Shown: piece by piece, positions 18,801 to 30,800 of the stretch
How the letters are laid out: the number at the start of each line of letters is the position of its first letter
How positions within the stretch are numbered: position 1 is the first letter of the stretch
DNA from: Candidatus Omnitrophota bacterium
GTDB lineage: Bacteria; Omnitrophota; Gorgyraeia; Aquiviventales; Aquiviventaceae
Assembly (NCBI GenBank): GCA_016180575.1
Contig: JACPAY010000003.1
Coordinates: 106,154-170,153 of the forward strand
DNA: 64,000 bases
Reading direction: 5' to 3'
Notes under the pieces: model-generated
Told to the model about the DNA's origin: nothing
Databases searched by the model: none
What the model saw: only the letters and a program-made list of their open reading frames with translations
Made by a program: the position numbers and the translations under genes

Positions 18801-21800
18801 GGCAGGCCGGCGATGCCGGCGAACAGCGCGACCACCGCGTCCTCCATGCCCGGGACCGCGCCGTTGGCGTGCCGCACGCGCCCCGTCCCTCCGGTGGTGA
18901 AAAATGGTGAAGATTCGAACCGGCCCAGACCAGCAATCACTCGTCGCTCATCGATCTTCCTGCGCGTCTGTGGGTCGACCGGCACCGTCGGGTCCACCCA
19001 GACGACGAGATTGCCTTGTTCGTCATAGAACGCGCTCCCCTCTTTGTGGTCGAGGAACCTGCGCATGCGGGGGAATCGAAACTCCGCCCCCCGGTACAGC
19101 TCGTCGAACTGCTCTTGCGCATGCAACAGCGCTCCTGGATCTCGCCGCTGCTCAAGCTCCTCATACGACAGGAGGGGACGACCTCCGGCGAACACAGAAG
19201 CTTTCTGTTGCCTCAGCCGGCCCACCCCCCCGGGGAGGACCGAGGTCTCCGGGACGGGGTAGCCGGCCTTCCGCAACCGCTGGTTGTCCTCAACGATCCG
19301 GTCGCGCAGCGCATCGCGTTCGGCGTCGCTGACCGCCATCACGCCCCCTAACAGCGGGCGGACCTCTTTCACCACGTCGTCGCCGGCATCGTACACGGTC
19401 ACAAACCACCCCTCGGCCATGGGAACCGCCGCGATCGCTGAGACAGGCGAGGCCGCCATATCCTCCGGGCCGCCAAGCGGCGTTGATGGCGGTGCCCCTT
19501 GGGCGCGCCTGAACCACCGGGGCAGCCACGCCATCGCGATGACGAGCAGCGCGTCGACCGCCAGCCCGAGCCCGACCGGCCACCAGGCGTCGAGGCCCGC
19601 CGCGTAGAACCCGCCGATGAGCGTGCCGACCGGGGCCAAGACGCGGAGGCCCGCCACGAGCGCCAGCTGCTGGATGAGGCCGCCCAGCCAAGTCCACAGG
19701 TTTCCGAGTGCAGGGCGAGGCGACTGGTTGACATCCGCCAGCTTGACCTTTCCGATGAGAAAGCGCTCCACGAACGCTCCCTCAGCGGAGGCGCGCCGCC
19801 TGGCGAGCTGCTCCGCCATCTCGGCGTATTCTTTGCGCGCCTGCTGGCTCTCATACCGGCGGATGGCTGCCGCCTTCTGCCTCATCTGGGGCTCATCGAA
19901 GAGGTAGTGGAGGTTCGGGGCCAGGTACTGGTCTTCAAACCCTCGGACGCCTTCGTAGAACACGACCGTGGCGTTCGGCGCATAGCGGGCGATGGCTTGG
20001 AGAAAGAGCGTCGTGAACAGCCGATGCTGGGGGTGGAGGTCGAAGGGAGCGTACAGGAAGAACGCCAGAGCGTGGCCGCCGTGAGCTTGCGCCAGGCGCC
20101 GCACGTAGCCGTCGATGCGCTGGCGATCAGCCGCGCTCAGGCTCGTCCACTGGCTGAAATGGAGGTCCAGCCCGCCATCGGAAAACCGCACCAGGCGCTC
20201 CAGGCTCTGGATCAAGCCGAGGTTCTTGTAGTTATCGTCGGGGACGCCCAGCTCATTGGCCCCGTCGTCATTCTCTTTGCGGCGCTGCATCCGCTTCTGT
20301 TCCTCGGTGGGAGACGGGGTCCCGTATTTCTCCCGAAGGAACTGGTCGGTGACGCCGGCTTCATCCCAGAACCCGGTCACCATCAACGCGCCCTCGAATG
20401 CCGGAGGGATGGCGCTCCGCCGGCGCAACCATGACAACGTCCACGAGCCTGGTTGCCGCTCCGATGGCGCCTGTTCATCCGGCTCGACCGGATGTCCCGC
20501 CGCTGTCAGGATGCGGGCCGCCGCCCCGAACCCGATGGCCACGTCATCCCCATGCGGCTCGGTGAACACGAGCTGCTTGCCCCTGAAGAAACGCTCGAGT
20601 TCCTCGGGCGTCTGGATGACCGAAACCCCAGGGTCTGCGCGGAATTCAACGCCATTCACGAGCAGTCGATTCGCAAGGGAGAGCTGTCCTTGCATCCCGC
20701 GGCCCTGGCGGTCTCCGAGGCGCTCGAGCGCCTGGTCGTCCGCCGTCAGCGGCCCCCCAACCTCGCGGGCGCGCTTCCCATAGCCGTAGATGAGCTTGTG
20801 CTCGTTCACCTCATGGCGCACCGGCTCGCCCATCGCCGGATCGCGTCCGGAGATGGCCACCACTACTTGGCCCGCATCGGTGAACCGCCTCGAGTAGGTC
20901 CAGCCGTTCACGCTGAGCGTTGCCGATGTTCGGGTGTCGGAAGCGATGGGTAAGCGCCATGCCAGCCACGCGTGAAACAGCTCATGGTGCAGCCACTTCG
21001 GGCTGTAGAGGAGGACTTCATGCAGATACAGCCGCTCAGCCGTCGCATAGCCGAGGAGGAGCGCCCGGCCATTCGTCCCGCGGGGCGGAGCACCGCGGAG
21101 GATTCGGATGGCAGCTACATTGAAGTTCTTGGCGAACGTGCCAACTTCTTGCAGCAGCGGACGATAGGGGGCCGGGACGGCTTCACCCCTGCCCCCCTCG
21201 TCGAACGCCCAGCGCAGCGACTGGAGATGCTGGGTGAGCTGCCGGAGCTCATGGGCATCCGGCTCAGCCGCCACCAAATCGACGGGGATCTGCTTTCCCG
21301 TGGACACCCCAGCTTCGTCCAGCGGTTCCAGGCGACCGATCAGATGCCCGCGGCTCTCCCGCATCTCCCGAACGTGGACGCGTCCGACGGTTCCCCCATC
21401 CGAAGGTAGCGCTACCTTTTCCTCGTCAGAAACATCGCCGGGCGAGGAGGACTCGCCACCCCCCGGCAGCGCGGCCTGCCGTCCCACGACCTCTGTGTCG
21501 CGCAGCCTCCCCTCGACAGCATCGCCGGCGGGTGGGGGAGGCTCCGGGGAGGCCGGTGGCTGCACGTCACCGTGCTCCTCCAGCACGCGCTTGGTCTCTG
21601 CAGTGCGCTCGACGGCGTCCCGATAGAGGTCGAGGATGCCCTCCTCCTGGCCGCCCGGAATGTCCTCGGCAAAGCTGGGGACCAGGCGGCCGGTGAAGGC
21701 TGCGCGGATGTCGTAGACGAGCGCCGTGTAATAGATCCAGCGCCTGACGGCGCGCGGCCATGCCGGATCCTGCCGCCGATACCGGCCCGCCTCCTCCTTC

Positions 21801-24800
21801 AGGAGCTCATAGAAGTTGATCGCCTCCTGGTCGAGGTACGATTGGCGCAGCGCGGCGTTGTCCCGAAGCTTAGCCGGCCAAGCATCCGGGTGGTCTTGGG
21901 GCACGCCGGCGACCGACCGCTTCCTCCCGTTGAGCCCGTCTCGGACCCCGCTGGAGGACCAGCCATCCCCCCCGGGCGCGGCGTCGATCTGGCCTTTGGC
22001 GGTCTTCATCCCGCTCGTGCCGGACGCTTCCCGGGGGCGCTTGGGGGTATTCAGCCAGGCATCGGCACCTCGGACAAGGTACTGCGACTTCGTCTCGTCG
22101 TAGCCCTCCAGGAAGACCACGCGGTCCTGGATCTCCGGGTGATCCTCGGAGAGCCGGTCGATGACCCGATGCAGCAGCGCGACGTTCGAGCGGCCGTCCT
22201 CCGAGAAGGTCTTGCCCGCCATCACCACCTGGACCCCCTCGTTCACGATGAGCTCGATGAACGGGTCGAAGGCGCCGCGGGCCTTCATCTGCGCGATCAG
22301 CTCGTCCATCTGCTGGGGCGTGAGCGCCCGGTCGCCGCTGAGGCGGGATTCCACCTCGGGCAGATGCCGCCCGAACACGATGAAGAGCATCCGCTTGTAG
22401 TTGACGATGCGGCGGGCCCAGACCGCCAGGAACCGGTCCGGGTCCAGGAGCCGGATCAGCTCGCTTCGCTCAAGCCGCGCCTTGTAGGCCGGATGCTCCT
22501 CCAGCGGTCGCGATTCCCATTCCGTCACCCACCGTTCCGGATCCTCGATGCCGGCCCACCGAGCCCAGCGCACCCTCAGGGCGTGCAGCCGCTGCATGTA
22601 GTCCTGCTGTCGAGGTTGCTCACGCAGGAGCGCCTCCAGCGCTACGCTGTTGCGAAGGTACTGCCGGCGCACCGTCTCGCGCACCATGTCGATCGCCTTC
22701 ACTCTGTATTGCCGGAGGAGTTCCCTGAGCGCCGCATCGCTCAGCGCCGGCGGCTGCGAGCCGTCAAGCGAGGGGGGCAGCGGTTGGCCGGGATGGAGGA
22801 GCTCAAACAGCTCCCTGACCAAGGGGTCCGCCGGGTCGAGGATGGCCTCCGGGGTCCTGGCGGAGGGGTCGGCCTGGCTCCAGCGCATCAGCCGGCTGAT
22901 CTCCGGAATCATCCAGAAGAGATGATCCACACCGTTCGTCACCCCGATGACCGGCCGTCGGGAGATTTCCTCTGGGGTCAGGACTCGCTCCGCCACCAGG
23001 TAGTCGCCCGCCTTGAGCGCGTTCAGCTGGCTCACGGCCGCGATGGCGCCCCCGTAGTCGTACGCCAACCGCGCCATGAACCGAAGCGGCGAGTGGTGGC
23101 CCCAGGGGTCGCGGAAGTGTGGCAGCAGACGCTCCCGGCCCGCCGCCTGCTTGCCCTCAATCAACCACTGGGCGACGTTCCCGGCCTGCGCGCGGACCTC
23201 CTCCTTCGGCGATTGCTCAAGATACCGACGGATGTAGTCGCCCAGCCGCACCGTGGCATCGTTGAAATGGTCGATGCCGGCGTTTTCCAGCGTGTGCATG
23301 AAGAAGACGAGCTGTCCGCCGATGAGCCCAAGCGCTTCCTCGTAGGTGTAGCCCTCCTCCATGTAGCCGCGGAGGAGGCCGATGAGATAGGGGAAAGTTC
23401 CCGTCTCGTTGACATGGACCGGACCGTCCTGAGGCAGCCCAAGCCGCGCGCGGAACTCATAGGCGGCCAGGCCGATGACCCACTCCTGCTCAAACCGATG
23501 CAGCGACGAGTTGTGGCCTTTGTAGAGCTCCTCGAGGATGTAGCGGACCGCCGGGTGGTTTTTGTCAAAGTCCGTCGTGGGCATCGGCACCCGGATGCCG
23601 CCGACCTCGACGAGACGGTAGCGCACGTAGACCGGATCGCCGGATTCATAGAGGCGGATCGCCGCTTCCAGCGGTTCAGAGGGGTTCCGCGGATCGGTGA
23701 AGAAGTCGATGCCGTGGTCCTGCGGCCGGAGGACCTGGCGCGCACCCGCATCCGGATAGCCCAGGTCATTCACCTGCGACACCGGCACGCCTCGCTGGTA
23801 GTCCGGAATAAATGGCAGGAACTCCGGAGTATCCGAGCGCGGATTCAACGTGGTGACTCCGCCCAGGTAGTTGAGGCCGCGCACCCACTCCCCGAAGAGC
23901 ACCCCTAGGCCGCCCACGTAGCTGCTCAGGCGCGGGCCCTCATCCTCCTCGACCCCGCTGACGATCCCCTCCAAGCTGAGCAGGATAGGCGGATGGCCGA
24001 TGAGCTCAGGGGACCGCTGCCGCAGCCACTCGCTCGCCCCGTCATCCGCCGCCTGGGTCTTGTGGGACCGGGAATCGAAGTCGACCGCGACTCCCTCACC
24101 AGTCATCGCCCCTGAACGGCCCTGGCGCAGGAGCGCCTGGGCTTGCTGAAAGAGTTTGGGGTCATCTGGGATGCGGCGCAGCGATGGATCAGCCGCGTCT
24201 TCCTTGAACCAGAGCCCGTATTGAAAGGCCGAAGGGAACTGGATCGTCACCTGCGCGTAGGGGCCGTTCACGACGTACACCTGATGCCAGACATTCGGGC
24301 GCATCACGACCATCTGACCCGGCTCAAGCACCAAAAGGGACGGTCGATACATGAGGGTCCCGTGGGCGCGCTCCGCACGTACGAGGAGGAGCCCGAGCGT
24401 GCCGCGCAAGGCGATGTAGACTTCGGTCTGGGAGGCGGAAGAGCCACGGTGCTGGCGGATGGGGTGGGTGTGCAACCGCTCAATGGGCCGGATGACCTGC
24501 GCAAAGTTCATCCCCTGCTCCGCGTGCGGGGATGACGAGAATAGGGCGCTGATCCGCGGAGGCGCCGGGGCCCCTTGGCCGGGGAATGTCGTGGAGTCAA
24601 TCATGGCCTCCGTCCCTTGAGCCAAGTTCCAGAGGTTGCGGCGCGCCGCCAAAGCGTAGACGACGACCCCATTGCGCTCCCAGACCCTGCCAGTCGTGTT
24701 GAACCCCCTGGAGGCGAACTCCCCGTGGGAGGGCCCGTATGGCTCATACCACGCCGGATCGTGTTGCGTCGTCACCACGACCACGTCCCCTTGCTCGACC

Positions 24801-27800
24801 GTGACTGTCGCAGCGCGTCCTGGATTGACGAGCACCGCGCCAGCTTCCTGCAGGGTGAAGGACTCTTCGCCGGTCTCCACGCGAACGCGGGCGCCGTTCG
24901 GGACAAAGACCTCGGTTTCCTGCTGGAATTCCGTCTGGGACGCCAGGAAACGCTTTGCCGCTTCGCCGTGATATATCACCCCTCCCATCGCCGGCTCGAC
25001 GAGGTAGCCCCCATCGTCCCGAGCCGCCGGCTCTGTCATCTGGGCCGGCCCCTGCTCGCGGTCTTCCACCACGATGACTCGAGGGAGGACGCCCCCAGGT
25101 GGTGTTGGCTGCCGATAGACTTCAATGCTCCGAGGCAGATTGGGAACGTCGACGCGCTCAAGCTCCGCAAAGAGCGGGACGAGCCGCCGCGCCGGTGCGT
25201 TGAAGACGACGACGAGGGCCCCGGGCTTCATCTGCCGGCGCAGCTTCGCCTCCAGCCGGCCCTCCTTGAAGGAGCCGCTGTCGGTGTAGAGAACGACGTC
25301 CGCGTTGTGGAGACGGACCTGCTCGCTGAAGAAATCCACCGTGTGGACCGCGATGCGGCCCGCGATGGCCCGCCAGGCCGGCTCGGTGTCCAGCCGGCGG
25401 ACGGCAGCGCGGTTCTCCTCTGCGCGATCCGCATCGCCTTCCACGCCGACCGCCCTGGCCGCTCCAAAGGCGACCGCCATCGCCAGCTCCGGTCCCTGCC
25501 CGCTCCCAAGGCTGAAGACCGCTTTGCCGTTGACCGGCAGCTGCCTGAAGGTCTGCTCGAGGACGGTCAGGGGGGTCGCTTTGAAGTGGCCAAACCCGTT
25601 GGGGCTGCTGCCGGCCGGCGACGCCGCTGCCGGGTCGGGCTCCTCCGGGGCAGACCGCAGATATCCTGAGGGATGGTAGTGCTTCGCCACCGCCGCGAGC
25701 CGCGCGGCCTCCAGCCGCTCCGGCAGCGTCCGCAGCAGCGCCGCCAACCCCTGATACACATCGCGTTGGAGAAGCGAGTTTGGGTCAGCCAGGCGCTCAA
25801 GCTCCACCGCCCATTGGCCTCCGGTTTCGCGCTGCGCACTGACCGAGGCCTCCTGCGGGTCGACCCCCTCGGCTTCCCATTCCTGGCTCACGACCGCCAC
25901 GCTTTCCGCCGCCGCGAGATCGCCGGTGAGCCCGCGCGCTGCCGCCATCGCATCGGCGCGCGCGACGGCGCCGTCCGCAATGAGGCGCAGGTCCCCCGCG
26001 CGGCCTTTGCCGGGCACGAGGAAGCACACCGAGCAGTCGGTCGCCCGCCTCCGGGCCGCCTCGACCCCCTGGGGCGATGGGGATGGGGCAACGTCCACCC
26101 CTTCGCTCGGCGCAATCTCCTGCCCCGTGAGAATCAGCGCCAGCAATTGCCGCTCGGAGCGGGAGAGCATCTGAAGCTTCTCGAGGAATCTGGACCGCAG
26201 GTACCACGGCACGCGCTCTCTCAGGAGGAACTTTGATGCCGAATCCGCCGGGTCGATGAGCGCCTGACTGACTTTGTACAGCTCTGACTGCGAGATCGCG
26301 AGGCGCTGCATCGGCTCAGGCATCAGGTGATCCGGCAGATGGTACTGCAGCATCCACGTCGCGACTTCGTGCGGCCGCCACAGGTCTTCAAGGTGCATCA
26401 GGATCCCCTGCACCTTGTCCGTATAGTGCGCCTCCAGTGGGTTGGGATCCCACTGCCTCACGAGCGCTCGGATGCGCTGGAGGCGCACCTCCTCCACGCG
26501 GCGGGGCAGTTCGACCTCCTTGAAATGCCGCAGCCGCCGGTTATCCTGCAGGCGGGGGTTGCGGGGACCACCGGCCACGTCCAAAAAGCTCACTTTGTCC
26601 GGGTCCTCCTCCTCAATGGCCACGAGTTGAGCCTCGGCTCCCGGGGCGCGCGGGAATACCTTCAGATCCTCCATCTTGCGGTCGCCGAGGATCCGGCCGG
26701 CCTCTTCCACCTTTTCCTCGCGCTTCACGGCCACGGCAAAGGTCATCGGCTGCTCACGGCTCTCCACGAACGCCTGGGTGTAAATGGCGTTCGGAACGGT
26801 GGTAACCTCCTCCCCCGGCCGCTGTTGGTAGGTGTGCACCAGCGCCCCCGACTGGATGATGGTGCGGCCTCCGTCATGTGACAGATCGGCATCAATCACC
26901 GCCCCGCCGCTTCGCACCCTTGCGTGGGGGCCGAGCACCGCGCGCCCGCTCACCACGCTGCCGGGCTCCACCTCCGCCCAGGGATCGATAGACACCTCCG
27001 GCCCCAACACCGAGCCGCTGAATCGGCCCGTCGTGATGCGGCGCACCCGCAGCAGGGCCCGCAGCGCATGCTCAGACGGCCGGGTCAACCGCGCGAGTAC
27101 CGTTTCGAAATCGGTGTTCTTGCCGGTGTCCACAAAGATGGCCGCGGCGCCGGTGTTGACGTAGCCGATCCGCGATGTCTTGCGGATGGTGTGGGCAGCT
27201 TCCAAGAGCCTCAGGGCATCATCGGGGGCATACCCACGCCGGATGGCGCGCGTCACATAGCCTTCGCCGTGGTCAGCCGCCATCACGATGTCGGCCTCCT
27301 GCTGCAGATCCCACCCCGCCGTTTGGTAGACCGACACGGCGTTCCAGAAGTCATCTGCCAGCGATTGAGGAATGTTGGCGTCACGCACCGGCTCGCTGGC
27401 ACGATAGCTGGCTTGGTTGGTCTCGGCAGCTCGTTGGAAATGTTGCTCAAGATCCGCGCCCCGCTCCCGGTACTCCCAGATGCTGAGCGCCAGGTCAATC
27501 GCCTTGCCCCACGTCAGCTCCAGATCCCCGCGCCGCATCAACGCCCTCGCGACCCGCTCGGCATACCCTGCCTCTTCCGGAAACGTCTGGGCTTTCAGCA
27601 GGTCCTCGGCGATGTCCAGGCCATAGGCCAGGTACATCGGCTCGCCCGACTCAGTCCGCAACGCCTTGGCGAACCCCCGAAGCTGCCGCATCATTCCCGG
27701 CGTCAGCTTGTAATCGGCCCAATTCGTCGGTGCCTCTCTCGCAAATCGCTTGGTGACGACCGCCCGGCCAGCCTTCTCATGGAACTGGACGATGCGGCCG

Positions 27801-30800
27801 TCCAGATCCATCTCCACCAGCCCCAGCCCGGAGAGCGCCTCGTTGTACTCTCCGCGGCCTTTGTGCATGGGATCTGGCGATGGGAGATAGACCGGCAGGG
27901 TGGCGCCGAGCACTTGGAAGCCGGCCTTGCCGAAATCCCTCGTGACGTCCCGGCTGAAGGCCTTGATGCCGTCGTTGCTGGTCACATACAGGCCGCTCCC
28001 CTTGGGGTCATACGCCTGCATCAACTGCTGGAACACCTGGAAGAGGTACGGCTCGCCGTTGACTGAGGCCATCTTCCCCTTGTCCAGGTATCCTGAGAAG
28101 GTCAGCGGCATCTGCCGGCTCGCCTTTCCGCCGCTGAGGACGACCGCCGTCTGCCGCGCCTGGCCCAGCTCGCCCTCGAGCTCGATCAGGACGTTCAGGA
28201 GCGCCGAGAGGTTGCCGTTGATGACTCCCGCGGGCTGGGGCAGCACGATGACCTTCGCCTCGCGGGGGATGTACCGGCCGCGGGCTGATTCGACGAGCGC
28301 CTCCGACTCCTCCTTGGAGCTCTCATCGACCACCAGGACGACGAGATCGAAATACTTGCTCTTCAGCTCCTCTGGGCTGCGAGCCTTGAGCGCTTTCCGC
28401 AGCAGGATCTCCTGGCGGTTGATGCCATGGTAGGGCGTGCCGTCGGGCCCGAAGGGCCGCCAGCGCGGGTTGAGGGTCTCGCGGCCGTCCCGAGCATACG
28501 ACAGCGTGAAGAGCCCCACCCCGGTCCCGAACTCGAGCGCATAGTACCGGAGGCCCCGCACCGCTTTCATGGCCCACCAGGGCGGCCGCAGGATGACCTC
28601 CAGCGCCCCGAATCCGATGAAGGCGCCCGCCAGCACAGGGCTCTCGAGCAGCCAGAGCTGCACCAGGCCCAGCGCGATCATCGTGATCCCGATGCGGCTG
28701 TGCAGCGTCACCGAAGAGGGACCGGCATGCGGCGGACGCCGCGGGGGATGCCGCCACCTGACTTGGGTCCTGATGGTCATCCACTCCTCTGGCGCAAGCG
28801 CGGCCTCATCCAGCGCCGCGCGCCAGAGCGACTGGACCCGCCCCGGCGGCTCGCTCGTCAGGCGCCGGTAGGCCTCGGCGCTCGAGACGGTCGTTTTGCC
28901 GGCGAATTCCGGCGGGCCGACCGGCTCGTCGATGGCGAGCTCTGGAATGGCGATTCGCTCCGCGTTCCGGCCCCAGTTGAAAAAGCGCAGCCGCCCGTCG
29001 GCTTCCCGGCGGGCCATCAGGTTGACGGGCAGACCGAGCGCATGCTGGCCCTGGACGACCGCCGTGACTTCCCTGGTCACGTCCCGCGGCAGCCTGCCCT
29101 CCACGAGGAGCGGGGCACCGTGCCAGCCGGGGAGGAGCCGGACGGCGAAGTCCTCCCGCTCCACCCATGTCTCCATCTGGTCGGCCGGCACGTCCTCCAT
29201 CGGGAACCGGTCGCCCCACAAGTGGAGGTGCAGGTGCTCTGGGACCGTCGCCCCAGCGCCGGGGTCGGCAATCGCGATCGCAAAGTCAGGGGCTTCAGCA
29301 GCGAGCTGCGCCATCAGGCCCACGCGCTCCGCCGTGATGCCCTGCGGCTGATGCCGCTTGTCGATGAGCACCAGGGACGGCGCGGAGCCGATCACCGGAG
29401 CGGGGTTGGGGGCGAGGTAATAGCCGCGCCAGGCGAAGACCGGCTCGGTGATGGGCCTTGCCCCGGGGCAGAGCCGGCAGGCGGCTGGCGAGGGCGTCAG
29501 CCATTCGAGGAACCGGCGAGCCCAGAGGGCGATGACCAGCGGCAGTCCGTGGATGCCGTAGCGGCGGATGAGCGCGCTGGCGGTGGCTGGCGTGGCGGGC
29601 GCTCGGCGCCGCTCGGGGCTGCGGCCGGGGTTGTAGAAGAAGGTCACAGGCCCGACCTGAGTGGACGGCACCTGGCTCACGGCGTCAGGCGCGACAAATC
29701 CCGTCAGCTTGCCCTGTTCCCAGAGGATGAGCGCGACATCCTTGAGCGAGAGGACCCTGAGCCGGTAGCCGGCCTGCGCGAGCCACCCGCCTGTCCAGAG
29801 GTTGAGGCGGGCAAGGCGGCGCAGGGGGCGAAGCTGCCGCGCCTTCCAGCTTCGGATGGCCGACCCCAGCGTGTTCTGAGGATGGCGCTCCAGCGCTTCC
29901 AGCGGCAGCGACCGCGCCTCCTCGGCTGTCAGCCCCCAGAAGAGGAGCGCGGCGCGGCGCAGGGCGCGCTCATGGGTCACGGCGTCGGCTTCAAGCGTCC
30001 GGGGCGTCTGCGCGTCCCAGAAGGTCGCGTGGTAGAGCTCGTGGAAGAGCGCTTCCAGGGTGAAGAACTGGCGGGCGAGCCCGACCCGATTGGGCAGGCC
30101 AAAGCCGAGATAGTAGCGATGGGAGGACTCGAAGCGCGGACTGATGCGGCCGATCTGGTGCGCGCGGCGCAGCGCGGCCAGCTTGTCGAGCATCCGGGCC
30201 AGCTCATTCCGGAGGAAGGCGGGGTCGGCGTCTCGGTCAACGGGCGGGCTGTTGATGCGCTCGCGCAGCCACGCCTCCAGCTCATCGAGCGCCGCCGCCA
30301 CCTCCGGCGTCTCCTTGACCTGGACATCCGCCAGCTCGGCATGGGTGAACCCATGCCCGATGAGCGGCTCGTCTGCATCGGCTGAAGCGGACTCCGATGG
30401 TCGCTGCCGGATCGTGTCGCGGTACACCTTGAGATAGCTGTCGGCGCGATGGCCCCAGTCCGGATTGAATTGGGCGAGGCTCGTCAGCGCCTCCTGGACC
30501 GCCTCCGGATCGTCCCGGGACTGCCGCAGGAGCCCGCGAACGATCTCCAGAATCTGGGTCGCGCTGCGCACCCGGCCCTCATGCGCTTCCTTGGTGTCGT
30601 CAATCTCGAACCCATCGACGAGCGGCAGCGCGGTGCCGCCATTCCTGCGGAAGTCAACCAGGCCGCCGCGGTCGGTGACGATGAGCTGCGTGAGCAGCAG
30701 CGCCAGCTCCTGGTTGGCAATTCCCCCCGGCTCGTCAATCGACGGCATCAGCGCCGCGTCGGCGCCGGCGCCGATCTGCTTCGCCAGGATGGAATCGAAG

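Noticed and set aside
18650-19450. Possible protein-kinase-like / phosphotransferase fold (…FLDHKEGSAFYDEQGNLVVWVDP…)
   Set aside because: Only a vague resemblance to a catalytic loop. No clear Gly-rich loop, VAIK Lys or DFG could be placed, so it is left unassigned.
21572-23908. 778-aa + strand ORF (GTG start)
   Set aside because: It lies codon-in-phase antisense to the GT35 module, whose motifs, including EASGTSGMK, are unambiguous on the minus strand.
28427-30385. 652-aa + strand ORF, and similar ones at 57503..59293, 30932..31774, 31811..32833 and 26924..28066
   Set aside because: All are antisense to well-supported ORF1 modules (HIT, GT5, NTP-transferase). Composition is Arg/Pro/Gly-biased.
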